Below, piece after piece: positions 13,634 to 28,033 of a stretch of 64,000 nt of DNA. This stretch comes from Takakia lepidozioides (lineage: Eukaryota > Plantae > Bryophyta). The stretch covers positions 10,664,001 through 10,728,000 of the forward strand of contig CM060732.1 of NCBI GenBank assembly GCA_030704615.1, given 5' to 3'. Numbering within the stretch: the stretch's first letter is position 1; every line of letters starts with the position of its first letter. The notes under the pieces are model-generated. The model had not been told where the DNA came from. It saw nothing but the letters and a program-made list of their open reading frames with translations, and did not search any database. The translations under genes and the position numbers were made by a program.

Positions 13634-16600
13634 TCAACTTTGTGGCGGGACTGGCCCTATGGGCCAGGCGGAAGTTGGAGGAGAAGCCACCTAAGACTTT
13701 GAAAGAGGCAATTGAGAAAGCTGAATGTTTCTCGGATGTCCCTAGGGGCGAAAAACAAGGCCGTACGGAGCTGAACCACAAGAAGACCCGGCGGGAGGGT
13801 GACTCCTTCCGACCGGAAAAAAAGTGGGATAGGCCACGCGGCGACATGGCATGTGGAAATCGAAGGGAGGGCATTCACACGTCAAGGCGGCACCCGGTGC
13901 TACGAAAGGAAAATCAAGTGTGACGCCTTATGGCGGACAAAAGGCGACCTTCGATGGAGTGTGCTTTAATTGTGGGGAGCCCGGGCACATTGCCAAGAAG
14001 TGTACGAATCCCCGACAATTGAACATGACTCGGGCAACCACAGAGTTATCCAAAGCCTCCACCAGCCGCTTGGTGGAGGCGGTGGTCGCCAAGACTTGCA
14101 AGGTAGGCAACTACTCTTGTGAGTTGTATCAAGAAACTGGCGTCTTGCGTAAAGGGAGTCAGTTAATGTTTGTGAGTGGGATAATCTCCGGAACTAACGT
14201 ATCGTTGTTGGTGGACACAGGAGCGTCGCACTCCTTCATGACACCGGCAACGGCACGGACTCTGGGACTCTCGACAAGTGATGTGGGGGCCTCGATTGAG
14301 GTGTGTTCTGCTAAAGGAGAACCACAATTGGCGACGAGGTTGGCGTTCGATGTTCCTCTTCAGTTCGGGAGTTGGGAGGGACGTGAGAACTTCACCATTT
14401 GCAAGATCGATGGAGTGGATCTCATTTTGGGGATGACCTTTTTGAGCAGATCCGGAGCGGTCATAGATGGCCGCAAAAAGAGTAGTCACGCTACCGTGTG
14501 GGAATGGTCAGTCAAATCCTCCATGGGTCATGACACAAGGTCAAGGACAATGTGGTGAGGGCACCTTCTTCTTCGGTGGCGAAGTTTTACGAGTGTCGGA
14601 AACGCCCAACCCCGTGGGAGGGCGAATAAACCTTCTATTAGCAAAGGAGTGGGCCGTGGAGGAGCCACACGAGCCCCAGTTCTTGCTTTACGTAAGACAA
14701 GTGAAGGAAAAAGGCGATGGGGAGCCGAGCCCAGATTGGATCAAGGGGATTTTGGAGAAATATCAGGATGTGATGCCGGAGGATTTACCAAGCGGCTTGC
14801 CACCGCAAAGAGGAGTTGACCACAAAATTGAGGTGATACTGGGATTGGAGCCGCCTGCCAAGACACCCTACCGGTTGACAGAGAGTTGGTCGAGCTGAAG
14901 ACTCAGTTCAAGGATCTAATGTCAAAGGGGTACATCCGGCCGAGTAAGTCACCTTACGGAGCCCCGGTGCTATTCGCAGACAAGAAGGATGGGACGCTGC
15001 GGATGTGTGTCAATTACAGGGCTCTGAATAAGGTGACTATCAAAAACCGATACCCTTTGCCAAGGATCGATGACCTCTTCGATCGGTTGGCAGGAGCGAA
15101 GTATTTCAGCCTGATCGATTTGCGCTCCGGATATCATCAAATTCGAGTGGCGGAAGGAGATGAGGAAAAGACCGCGTGCAGGACAAAGTATGGTTCCTAT
15201 GAGTTCTTGGCGATGCCCTTTGGGCTCACCAATGCACCCGCAACCTTTAGCACGCTAATGAACAGCCTTTTCCAGGAGTGGTTGGACGACTTTGTGATCG
15301 TGTACATCGACGACATCTTGGTGTACTCGAAAACAAAGGAAGAGCACTTAGAGCACCTGGAGCACCTCAAAAGGGTGTTCCAGAAATTACGGGAAGGGAA
15401 GTTGTATGCCAAAGCTTCAAAGTGCGAATTCGGGGTCACAAAAGTGGAGTTCTTGGGGCATGTGATTACATAGGATGGGATCAAAATGGATGACAGAAAG
15501 GTGAGAGCAATCTTGGACTGGGAGCCTCCGACTTCGATCCCAGGAGTGCGATCCTTCTTAGGACTCGCCTCCTATTACCAAAAGTATGTGAGAAATTTCG
15601 TCAAAATCGCGGGGCCACTGTCAGACCTCCTGTGTAAATCCAAAGTCTGGGTATGGAACACCTTTTGTGGCCAAGCTTTTGCCGAGTTGAAGCAGCGGAT
15701 GGCGGAAGCTCCAGTCCTGAAAATCCCGGAGTTCGACCGCCCATTTGAGATTCATACGGATGCGTCGGACTTCGCGATTGGAGGTGTACTTATGCAGGAC
15801 GGACGTCCAGTGGCTTAGGAAAGTAAATAACTGAATGAAGTGGAGCGGCGGTGGCCAACGCACGAGAAATAAATGAAGGCGGTGGTGCATTGCCTTGAGC
15901 TTTGGCGCCACTATATTGGCTCCAACCCGGTGAAGGTGTTCACGGACAATGTCACGGTGAAGTATTTTGCCACGCAGCCTAAGTTGTCCCCAAAACAAAT
16001 TAGGTGGCAAGACACTTTGGCACTGTTCGACGTGGATATCCAGTACAAACCGGGACGGGACAATGTGGTGGCCGATGCTTTAAGTAGAAAGCAGCAGCTC
16101 ATGATGGTGTACAGGGGTGAGACGGCGCCCCAAAGGAAGATTCGGAAGGCTTACCGGAAGGATGAGATGGCGAGGTCTGTGACGCGGGACTTGAGGATGG
16201 GGGTTAAATCGCAGTTCCGCTTGCAAAATGGACTACTCCGGTATAAGCAAAAACGTCTCTATGTGCCGATGGGAGGGATCAGAGATAGTCTCTTGAGAGA
16301 ATGTCATGATGGCCCGCTTGCGGGCCACGGCGGAGCCACGCGCACCGTGGCACTCCTGAAGAAAGAGTATTTATGGCCCAAACTGAGGGAGGAGGCGGAG
16401 GAGTATGTCAAGACATGCACCACATGCCAACAAAACCAGAGCGAGTACAAAAAGCAAGCGGGGCTGTTACAACCCTTGCCGAGGAGTCTTGGGAAAGTGT
16501 CTCGATGGACTTCATGACTGCTATGCCGCTGTCAAAAGGATTCGACGCAATCATGGTGGTGGTGGATAGGTTCAGTAAAATGGGCCATTTCATCCCCACC

Positions 16601-19600
16601 AAGGAGACGGCAACGGCGCAAGAGACGAGGCGACTTTACTTCGTCCACGTCTTCAAGCATCATGTACTCCCGAAGGATATTGTCTCGAACTGCGATCCAA
16701 AGTTTACTAGTAAATTTTGGAGGGTACTTTGGAAGAAAATGGGGACGAGGCTCAAAATGAGCACCGCCTTCCGACCTACGACGAACGGCCAAACGGAAAG
16801 GGTGAATTCCGTGGTGAAGCAGATCTTGCGGAATTACGTGTCGGCAGACCAATCGGATTGGGTGGAGCACTTGGATGCGGCAGAGTTCTCTTATAATAAC
16901 ACAAAACATTCCGCAACAGGAGTTTCCCCTTTCGTTTTGGTCTATGGAAAAGCACCTCTGGTGCCGACAAGTTGGGCCGCCCAAGACGTTGAGGAACCGG
17001 CAGCAGCGGCAGTGCTAGAAGAACGTGAGCGTTTGTTGAAGCTCGCAAAGTACAACATTGCCAAAGCTAGGAAACGATATGAATCGGAAGCGAGGGAGGT
17101 TAAGTTTGAGGCAGGCACGGAGGTCTGGTTGAACATCAAATTTTTTCGACTACCTCCGGAAGTGAGTCCGAAGTTCGTACCTCCATATGCGGGACCCTTT
17201 TGCATCCGGAAGGTTATGAATGAGGATTTGTATGAATTGGAGCTGCCGGCAAATAGCAAGGTGCATCCGGTATTCCACGTCTCCCTTTTGAAGCCTTACT
17301 TCAAAGATGAAGCGCGTCCGAATCGGCCTCAAGTGTTGCGTCCGCTATCTGTGCTGTTGGATCATGAAAATGAACCTGAGTACGAGGTGGAGGCAGTGCT
17401 TAAGTCGAGGAGGTTCAAGAATCAAGAAACGGAGTATCTCGTGAAATGGAAGGGCTATCATCATGTGGAGGCATCTTGGGTGCTTGCCTCAGAAATGGAA
17501 AACGCATCCGAGGCGGTTGCAGCTTTCGAAAGACGACCTCAAAAGCGGAAGAATCGTTGATGGGGACATCAACCTTAGAGCGTGGGGGAGGAAAATACCC
17601 ATATTATGGGCAAAAACATGACTATAACAATGGTATGGATAGGAAATTGGGCGGGTGCACAGGGATCAGGTAAAAGATGGTGCACATGTCACGGAGCCCC
17701 AAAGGCCCGCCTCTATTATTCATTTCTTAGCACATGTAGGGCGGGCCAGCCCATATGAGGGTTGCAATCAGTCTTCTTTTAAGCTTGCTTCACTTAATAA
17801 AATCTGCAACGTAATGATATTATCTAAGGCAAACTCTCAATTTTGCAACATAATAATTAAATTCGTTATGAATTTCAACTATGTTTCTAAATTCAATTAA
17901 GGACACATTAATGATTTAGTGGTTATTTTAATTTCAATTTTAATTATGTATATCCGGGTTGATAACCGGCTGGTATTAGATTGGAATACCCATCCTATTG
18001 ATAACCGTCCACAAATCAAAAATCATACTAAAATCATACTACTATTGAGAACCGGCTGGTATTAAAATTAAGGGAATCTTTCAATACTATGGAACCGGCT
18101 GGTATTGAAAATTAATTTCTTTTCAATACCCGGACCCGGCAGTATTAGAAAATGTAATACCCGCCCAACACTCTTTCAAACTTCAAAAGGCCCAGTGGCC
18201 CGCTCCGGTTTCCTTGGGAAAACAAATACAAGGAAGACTCGCAAGGCAAAACGGCTCTCTTGTTTTGGCAAAACATAAGAGGAAGGTAAGACTTGGGAGC
18301 ATGACATGGTGTAGTTCTTTGACCACATTTTCTCCCTTGACTTCAACATGATGCATATTCTGTCTCTAGAGAGCCAACAAATCGTCTAATCGTCTACAAC
18401 TGTGCAGAGCCGTCTACTCTGATTTCAAACCAGTGGCTATCGCAAGGCAGTGTCCAGTAGAGATGAGCTTATGGTACCCTACTATTGTGTATCTTTCACA
18501 ACCATAAACAACTCATAAGCTGTTGGTTTCAAAGACTCGCACTCCAGTTACAGGGAACGCTTTCATGTGCATGCTGGTCTTCCGCATCCGAGCACTGGCA
18601 GATGAGCTGTGCACATCACATATGGTGGCCATCCACAGGAGTCCTTCAGGGGACGAAACCAGCAGCTACCAATATTTTCTTAAACTACTTGCCCCATAAC
18701 AACACTGGCAAAGGTGCCCTCAGGACATTATCCACAAGTGTTTCTGACTACCAGGCCACATTGACATTTCATCTTCTAAAGAGCTTCATCCGAAGCCTCT
18801 GTACGTTTACCAAAGATGATTAAACACTACATGGCCTTCCTGTAGTTTCAAAATTGAATCAAAAGTTGCCTCAAGTGATGTGGTATGAACAAAAAGCCAG
18901 TTCCTCTGATAGCTACAAGTACCTAACAACAGAGAGTACTGGGACAATTCCTTTGGGTGGGGGGACCTTGCATCTTTACAAAGTGTGACAAAGGCCTTAC
19001 CCCGATCTGCCAAGGCTACCTATTACTAGGGCATCTTAAATGACATTTCATCATGATTTGAAGAACAAACCATTGCAAGGCTGCCCTTTCCACAAATCCA
19101 CAAAATGACATTACTGCAGCGTGCTGACCAGAAACACTGTGTTGATACACAAACACAGCATAAGAATCGTGGCTTTCTCTCTCCACCCAAGCATGCATAC
19201 TACTATGCACTTCCTGCTGGATTGAGAGCGACAGCACAGCTGGCTTGTGACCAAAATCCACAAACCGATTACGACATTGACACCATACTCTTGAACTCAC
19301 TTTGATAGCCTTTGGATCGCACAGTTTCATGCGACAAAACAGGCATCCCCGCAGGCAGTCCAATGCAGTATGCACCGATCATATGGTAACCTGTCCATGA
19401 ACACCAAAAGCTTGATGTATGAATATTTTCCACTGTCATGCGTGTATTCTCTTGCATGTGGTACAGAAGGCCATTGGTGTGTCAAGAGTACATCTACAAC
19501 CTCCCCAATGCATTCAATCGTTTAGTGGAAACAGCAACAACTACAAACAGGAAAAACAGAGACGCTAATACCTAAGTCAAACAGTTTCTTACAAACCTAA

Positions 19601-19767
19601 CCATTACCCCCTGTAGATTCAAAAAGTCCTTTCCTTGTTCTCACGTAATACTTTCACCATCAGAGAAAAATCGCAAAAGAACTCTTAAATACAGGTCCAT
19701 ATTAACAAAAAAGAAGTGTGCAGAACCAAACTCACTGCTGGATGATTACACACATGTTGTCTCGCTA

Positions 19768-21830
19768 TCATTTGCTTAACTTGTCCTCACCTTCACCTTC
19801 CTGCTGAGCACAGTTCATCTTGAACACATAAACTGAGAATAGCAGTATAGACTATGGCAGAATATACCATCTCAAACATATGCAGTCAAGCTCAAAAGCA
19901 CATCACTTTGCACCCTCTATGATGACCTCAGGTGTCAGATTTCTATATCCTCCAGGGCTATGAATTCATCATAACCATTCCAGGTAAGGCCAAGAGTGCA
20001 AACCTTGCTAGAACTTTTCTTGTTAAAGGACGCCGCTGCTTCCTCGTACTTTACCTTCCTTTCTGCAGCCTCTGCATGGAAAGGAGCTTTCTCCTGCATA
20101 CACAGGACATCCTTGAGCTGCATATCTGTGATCAGATTACCTGAATCTACCGATTACCCTGGGAAAATAACACTTTGCTAGCAGTTCTCAGTTGAGAAAA
20201 AATGCTAACTAATTGTGAACCATTATGTATTTCACCTCGGAGACATGGCACAAGCTCACATGCATTACAGGGAGAGTATGTGAGCAGACTGACCTGCTCA
20301 GACATGAGCAGCCACTTTTCACCACCAGCCTTGGCACTCTGCATATGACCCAAATCTACTGCTGAGCGATGACTTCTTGAGTGATACCAAGTCAAGTCTC
20401 ACTAACAACAGAAAAAGAAACCACAATTCAAGACTTATCTGTGTAGGAATTCCAGGATACATACAGTTTGATGCAATCTGCAAATAAAGGGTACAGCTGA
20501 CAATGCCTTTGAAGTCTTTGTTAGTCAGCACCTACATGATACAAAACTGATCCTAGAAGGTTTAACAACCATTGCCAGAGAGATCTTACCGCCGTAACTC
20601 CTTTCACATCGGGATTTTCCTCCTTGAAAATCTTCCTGAAAGTCTCCCTGAAGATGCAGTTCAATCAGGCACAAAGTTAGCATCTCATGCTGCAATGTAC
20701 TCTTCACTGTTCTTAGGCACCAGTGTAAGCCCCTGTTTCTCTCTGAGCAGAAGTAGATGTCTCTTAAGAGAAAACAAACTCACATAAAAACAAAGAAACC
20801 AGATACAGGGCGCTTAGGCATGTCAGAATCCTTTGCTGGCTTCTTTGATGCCTTTGTCTTCTTTGCTTTCAGGTCCTTGTCAACTCCCGTTTTAATCCTT
20901 CCCACTCTGTTCAATAAAAGCAACCGGCCACATTATCACTTCTCCAGCGCCAGCACATTTTGACAGGGAGTAACAGCGTTGCTAAACAATAGAAAAAAAG
21001 ACTGGACCTTGAGGGTTTAGAGGGTTTTGATCCACAAATGAGAAACGTACATCTCATCGCTCTCCTTGGTCTGAGCCTGCGCCTGCACCTTCGCTGCTTA
21101 CACAAACGAGAGCTGAACTTGCATTAGGCGAGACCAACGCAAAAGGTCTCCACTGCAGAATGCAAGAGAGAGCAGCAACTAAGCAGCTCAGAAGTGTCGC
21201 AAACCACAGAACCCCATCGACTACTTGTCAAGCTAGTTGCTCTTTTAACAAACAAACTGCATATCGAAATAAACAACTCCTTTTCAGAAGCAATGCATCT
21301 AGGTCTAGACCTCAACAAGGACAAGAGAACAAGGGACTAGTAGTGCCATCGAAGACTTCTGCGCAGCCACTTTTCATAATCAGGAATCGACTGAGGAGGG
21401 AACTTTGAAGAACATATATCAGTAGGTCTGGAAAACACAGTAAGAGAACGCACATGCATTCGCTTTCGTTTGACCCTCCTTAACAAATGGAGCAGCAATG
21501 CCTTTCCTCCCCACCTCACTGCTTCACGTATCACAGACATTAGATAATGGTACATCCGAACTTGATGTTTACTGAAGACAACAGCCATCTAGTTTTACAC
21601 TTCGGGCCATCCTAGAAACTCTTAACATACTCAGAAAAATATCTCTAGAAAGAATGGAAAACAGGAAAGTTCCATAGAAGTACAGTATATCGAATAAAAA
21701 TACAATTTTGAGTGCGTTACCGGGGTGAAAATGCATGGCTACTTATGCTACGATTCAAGAGAACAAGGTCACCATCAATCATCTTTCTGCCTTTCAGCGC
21801 CTGAAATTTGGAGCCTAACGCTGCCCTCAT
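19768..21830 (-). CDS. HMGB: HMGB-type single HMG-box protein, about 7 coding exons
   Basis: Spliced: MRAALGSKFQALKGRKMID / AAKVQAQAQTKESDE / ...KKPAKDSDMPKRPVSGFFVFM / ETFRKIFKEENPDVKGVTA / SAKAGGEKWLLMSEQ / EKAPFHAEAAERKVKYEEAAASFNKK / EGEGEDKLSK*. This is a classic HMG box with GT-AG borders. Confidence 0.9.
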
Positions 21831-22127
21831 GGTAACAGCTCTGGCAGAAACCTGGCACGAAAGGACAAAATGTCATGTGCAACCAGTTTCACAAAATTCA
21901 ACCATCAGAAAATAAAAGTCAAAATCGGTGAGCTCTTATCCCTTCTAGAGCTAAGATGATGGAGCTTATTACGTTACATAGAGCGGACATCTCAGCGACG
22001 AAGCTATGCACAAGCTCTGCATGCTGCGTGGACGACAGGCAAGACTGAGTGTCTATTCACAGAGACACAGCTCCTCCGAGAAACGGAACTACCAAATCCA
22101 ACGTTAAAGCAAAAGTCGAAAAGTTCA

Positions 22128-22280
22128 TAACAATGTGCAAAATCAGACGATCATACAAATATCCTCCAACACCTACAGGCACGACAAAATCCAGTCGCTT
22201 ATGGATATCGTAAGGCGCCGGGACTTGAACGTCAGGGCGAACTCCCGACATTCTCAACATTGCACCGCAAAACCCCGATC
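22128..22280 (-). pseudogene. nad7: nad7/NuoD (complex I 49-kDa subunit) fragment, NUMT-like
   Basis: GFCGAMLRMSGVRPDVQVPAPYDIHKRLDFVVPVGVGGYLYDR aligns without gaps to nad7 [43 protein letters not shown]. It matches plastid ndhH much less well. Confidence 0.75.
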
Positions 22281-23458
22281 TGAGTCGGAAGACGGGGATT
22301 ACACAGGCTGCTGAACGGAAGGGGAACAGATGCGAATCCAGCGCCAGGAGCATTGGTGAAGATGAGACGACGCAAAGGGGATGTCGAAAGGTGGGAAGCT
22401 ACTCTCTCTCTCTCTCTTGGCGGCAAGTGAAGAAGAAGGCTCTCGCTCCGTGCCCGGGCTTCGAGCTCGGCCGCCATACCCGTGGCTTTGGAAACTTTGC
22501 AACCCCCGTCGGAAACCGATTTTTTCCTAACTAGATGCATGTGTTGAGTCATCCATCCTCGACTAGACGGTGGATGAACAATGCTAGCCAGGGGTTTCAT
22601 TCACATCCATTGTCTACTAGCGAGAAATTTCCACAGGCACCTTGTCTCAACCCCGTCTGCCTTTTGTCTGTGTAGATTTCTGCACAGTGCAGAGACCTGA
22701 GTTGGTAGCAAGAGTTGTGCAAATTGAGGTAATTTCTACCTCGACTGTGCTTCACAAATTTGATGTGCAACAAGGCTCACAATCCTAGGGGCATATATGT
22801 GTGATGCATTTACGCCTCCGGCATTCATCATGTACAAAAGATTGCTACTTCACTGTTTCTGAGTCTGCCGGAGACCGTGATATCATTAGGGTTCACAGCG
22901 GACCTTTCACATTAAGCATTTTACAAGGAATGTAATTACAAACCCTTAAGTGTGGGGTCAGCAGTGAGATATGGCCCTACCCATCTGAGATCTGCCACAA
23001 CCACATATGACATTCGATGGCTAACTTGCTTTAACAGCCGGCGAAAGTATGTAAGCTAATCAAATTCAGAGGTGTTACCTCCATGAATGAAGAAGAGAGC
23101 AGAGGAATTTGACAACTCTGCTGTCATCCTAAATGCAGTGATTTCTACAGGTAAAGAGGTGACCAAAGGAGAGCTGCGAATGCCCCCCAATATCTCACAT
23201 CATGATTCTAGGGGGAAAGCAGACCTCGCAACCTTTCACTCCAAGTTGGTTGGGAGGACACAAGTCGACAGACAATGACAAATGCAGGGGCCAATGACAA
23301 CCCAAGTACACCCATCACCTTTGTACTCGGTTGCTAGCTGTGAACTATCAACAAAAAGCACATCAAGGGCTAGTGATCAACTGATCAGACAGCAAGAGGG
23401 AAGGGAGATGAATGGAAGACAGTTTTACAAAAGCTTTATGCCCTCCTCCTGCATCTAG

Positions 23459-25880
23459 CTAAATTGTAACAAGACGGCTTAATGACTCAATGAGCCGCTT
23501 TAAATTGTGCCGTACTGTGGAGTCTCCCGTCAGTCCACTCACATCTTTGCTGATGCTCTGCACACTCCAACACCAATTTTCAGTACAACAGCAAAAGAAG
23601 CTGTGGCAGACTGACTCATGAAGTCCGCCATGAATTAATGATACCAAGGATATGGAATCTATCTACAATTGGTGACAAGTTCTCAGTCAGTAAGGAAGCA
23701 GCACAAAAGGGAACATCCGCACCTCAATGTGCTTCAGTGTTTTTGTCAGTGTGGACACCGACTCACGCAGCAGCTCCATATTCTCTGAGGTCAGCACTGA
23801 ATTATTCAGTTTCCTGCCACATTTTCACAACCATAAACTACAACGTAAGAGATCTACAAAGCAGCACCAACGCCACCCACATTCATACCGACTTTGGTCC
23901 TCAACTTCGCATGTCCTATGGCAGAGCTAAAAACGTCAGCCCAGATTTGCAACATTTCATGTGGACAAATGGACTGGGAAAGAGCAACAACGTGCTGCAA
24001 GACAACAATAGCAATAGAACATGCATCAGCATCAGAGGAAGTAAGTCGTGGGCAAAGAGGAAGACCACAACTACCATGGAAATATCACTCCATTGAAGGG
24101 GCTATACTTGGACACCTTACATTGGTAACGCCAATTAAGGGAAATCAGTAATGAGGAGAGCCTCAGTTGTACACCCTAAGCATCTTTACAACCTACTGTG
24201 AAAGAGGAGCTGTACGTACAAGGGTGTGTGACCAGTTCAGCATGCCAAAAACCTGGATGCCATGCTCACCTCAAATCATGGCCAGCTTCAGTAGCAACTC
24301 TGGTGAGGCTCTCAAGATCTTTCAACAGGTTTCCATCCTGTACTTCCTTGAGCAAGGGTTCAATATCACCCGCAATCAATTGAACCTGCCCAGAAAAGAA
24401 ATAAGAACAAATTATCCCACAATTCCCTTGCAACAAGGCAACCAGGGCCTCACATGGGCCTCACATGGGCCTCACTTGGAGTCACATTCCCAGAGACTTC
24501 TATCTGTCAAGGGAATGAGCAGGACGATTTTGACTTCTATTCCAACGCTGAAGGACGGCTCCCTTATGCACCTTCCCCCTCACTTTGGTGCTGGCAGATG
24601 CCCACACATGAAGAACCTAACAAACCACTTTCCAGGATATTCACTACATTGGCTCCAAGATTTTTTACTCTGGCTTTTATCACAAAACAACATACACAGA
24701 TCCAGACATTCAAATCAGATTATTATGAACCAGATGTATTAGCCAGAAAAGTGTCAGGGTGGGCCAAAGGGCAGAATGCAGTAGACAATCGGAGTACCTT
24801 GGCAAGAAGAGGTTTGGCATCTTCCACCACCATTCCTAGGCGTTCAGCCATGCCATACATTTTGGAGACACCCAGGCTATCAACTTGCTTCGCTATTTTG
24901 GTACAAATGCCAACTAGCTCATCCAGGCTCACTCCTTGTTCCCCCTTTATCCTTTCTCTGTCACAAACTATAAGGCCTTCCGCAGAGCAGCCTGAGTCCA
25001 GCGGCCCAACTGTGGGCTTGGGCAGAGGCAGGCGTGGCGTGACGTCGATGAGTGTCTCACTGATGAGGCCAGACTGGTTGACCTCAACCAGTGCGTTGCG
25101 AGGGATGACAATGCCTGAGTCCACAAGCTCCACGACCACATCGATGCGCTCCAGGCTGGGCCGCACCCCCACCACGTTGCCTACATCCACACCACGGATG
25201 CGCACCGGCGTGCCCACTGTGATGCCTTGTGCCTGTGCAAACTCAAACACCGCTTCATATGTCTTTGTCCGTGCTCGTATTTGAGTGCCCTTCACCCAAA
25301 CTAATGTGGTCGCCAACACGACCACCCCCGCCATTACAAAAAGGCCAACGCCACCCTCCCATATGCTGCGCTTTCCAAAACCAAAGTTGCTGAGTGGATT
25401 TACCAATTGATTCCAGAGGGACCTCGGGATCTCAAGAAACTTTCCCAGACCGTTCTTTCTTTTGGGAGATGTAGATGATGAAGATGAATCGCTGCTCTTG
25501 CTGCTCACCCTCACCCTCATGGCCCCGTGTATTTTACAAGGGTCATGCAATAGTTCAAATACAATCTTACCATCCAGACGGAGACTGCCATCACCAGTGC
25601 TAAAGTAGGTCTTGGGTCGCCTTCTCTGCTCAGGTCCGCAATTCCGCCCAGAAGGCTGAAGCCCGTTGAAAGAATGCGGCCCTCTGATAGTGTTTGGAAA
25701 GTGTAAAGTTTTAAATCCAGAACCCAAGATTTTCGATGGAACGGACGGAACATGGAGGCTTCCAGAAGACCATTCCCAATTCATCACCGTCGTGCCAGCA
25801 CCTTTTGAAGCCTGAGGTACGCATCCTGACACGCATCGGAGGCAAGGAGGCACATCCATGCTTGCCGCTCCTATTTCCAT
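23459..25880 (-). CDS. TGD2: TRIGALACTOSYLDIACYLGLYCEROL 2, MCE/MlaD-domain chloroplast lipid-transfer protein, 4 exons
   Basis: Transit-peptide-like N-terminus; PLSNFGFGKRSIWEGGVGLF plus a TM helix; MlaD motif GITVGTPVRIRGVDVGNV; NQSGLISETLIDVTP. Exons about 25880-24798, 24385-24269, 23813-23723 and 23557-23459 (SISKDVSGLTGD...LIESLSRLVTI*). Confidence 0.95.
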
Positions 25881-26350
25881 GATATCATTGCTCCATTGTA
25901 CTCCAACGCCACAATATTTCTAACCCAATTTGGTTGCGAATCTGCTGGAAGCAGGTTTGCTTACCTGCATTGCCAAGAAAAGGCGACAGATAGTAGATTA
26001 CCTGAGTGCGAGGAGATGACTGCCAACAAGCTCCTCTTCCTCAACGGACTTCTTCAACCCTACTTCTGGCCCGCAACGTGTACTTATTCCGTAAATAGGC
26101 AGTGCAGCATTTTTGGTTGTGGATTGCGAAACATACCAAACAGGCCAGTGTCCGTGTAGCTCAACAGATGAGGCCACACAGATTTGGTTAGGTGCTTGAT
26201 GCCTCCAAGACGGAGATTTTTGGTAATCTCCAAACCGACAGTCTTGTACTAGAGAACGGGCCGTGTTTGGCCGATTCTGCCCTGTAAGCGGCCTTTGGGC
26301 GAGCCCTATGGCCGCGCACAGGGCAGACTCGGCCAACGCGGCCCGTTCAC

Positions 26351-26641
26351 TGGCGTTAAAAGCAGGTGTGGCGGATTCTCGCCGTTACGTGGCGCAATAT
26401 GATTGAGGTTCGATTATCCCATATCGATTGCCCAGATTCAGAGCCCCCGAGAGGATATAAACGGGGCGAGCCTCAGGTGAGGGTAGATCTGATGGTGGCT
26501 GATGGCTTGGGCCTCGGTGGCAAGGCTGCCGTCGTCTGTGCTTGATCGGTCATCCCTGCCGGTTCTGCCCTGGGTGGCCGATTCGGCCTGAGAATTAGGC
26601 CGAAAAAGTGGCAGAATCCGCCACAGCTGCTTTTAACGTGC
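26351..26641. mobile_element. MITE-like element upstream of TGD2
   Basis: About 25-bp inverted termini cgttaaaagcaggtgtggcggattc / gaatccgccacagctgcttttaacg and internal ggccga repeats. TSD not clear. Confidence 0.55.
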
Positions 26642-26749
26642 ATGCCATTGGGTCGCTTTTGCTATTCCAGAGACAATCAGGTACAGTACAGTATATGTTG
26701 GACTAGGTTTGGACCTTTGAACTTTGGACTCTAATGCAAACTCACTTGA

Positions 26750-27125
26750 GGGAGACCGCACACAATAAAGTTCTCCTTAAAGTCATGCCCAGTTTGATCC
26801 CCAGTTTGGACCTTTAACTCGTGTTTCATCCCCAGTTTGAGTGCAAACCTAAAGTCAGCAAAATCAGGCACGAGTTGATCAAATTGGGCATGAGCATACT
26901 CTTTGACATGATCTCGCAGCTTCCTGCTTGCAGGTCGCTCGTCACCGGGCGTGCAGCTCGGCAAAACCCAAACCGGGTATGAAACTAGTTTGACCCCCAA
27001 TTTTGGTGAGAAAACTAGTTTCATCCCGTGCTTTTTTCCTTTGAGTTTGGTCCCCAGTTTCTTAACTCGTCCCCACTTTTGGCCAAACTCAGGGTACTCG
27101 TCCCCGGTTTTTGGCACTTTAGGAA
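26750..27125. repeat. Probable non-autonomous DNA-transposon remnant with ccccagttt motif repeats
   Basis: Multiple cccagttt/ccccggttt/actagttt motifs. Starts gggagaccgcacac. Confidence 0.35.
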
Positions 27126-28033
27126 TAACTTTAATAGTTGAGGTTTGATAGCAGATTTGTGGCCATTCTACTTGAGGCATCAGCAACATAAGCGGAAGGA
27201 GGAGGCATCTGAGAGGATTTCAAAGAAGGCAGAGGCTGGAGTAACACTTGTAAAAGTTGAACATGAGAACAGTTACCATTGATGGGGCCCTTTCCAGAAT
27301 ACTGATCCACCTCCTCCCCTTTCAATACACTGCCCACATTGCATCATTGACACAGGATTGCCCCTTCAATCAGGTCATGCATATAATCGAGTGCATCTCT
27401 ACTAGTAAGACGACTGTGAAGATAGATTCATCCACAGTTTTCATTTGCATAATGAAGACAAAAAAAAGAAAAAAAAAACAGGCGAAGTGCTCAGATCAGT
27501 TCTGGGCTTTATGGTCACAATGCAGCCAGCACAAAGCTCCACCCTTAGTAGTTGACTTTTGCTGTTGATGGTAGCAAATTCGCTGTGAGAAAGCTCCCAC
27601 ATTCCTAATCAGTGCATCTATCTTCTTCATTCAGCTGGAATGAATGTATACCATTTCAACCAAACCACTCTTAACTTAACAGGTGTGTGGCCCCATCCTC
27701 CACTTACACTCATCTCCTGGGAATATTGAGATTGTGCATATTCCACACCCCACTTCCATGGTGAACTATTCATGTGAGTTTACAAGCAAGAGAGAGAGAG
27801 AGGCATCAAAAAGGGATAAACAAAGGAAAACTAGTTGTGCTATAAATCCAAATATAATCGGGAGTATCCAGAGTACGAACTTGTTAACAAGGAAACACGT
27901 GAATTTTGTAGCATACTATACCTCTTTTGCATTGACAAATGCACAACATTTCAAACGTATTGTGTGTGAGCACAGGAGACGACCCAATGAGAGTCTGTAT
28001 TGAAACAGAAAAATAAAGGGTGGACTGACTGTG

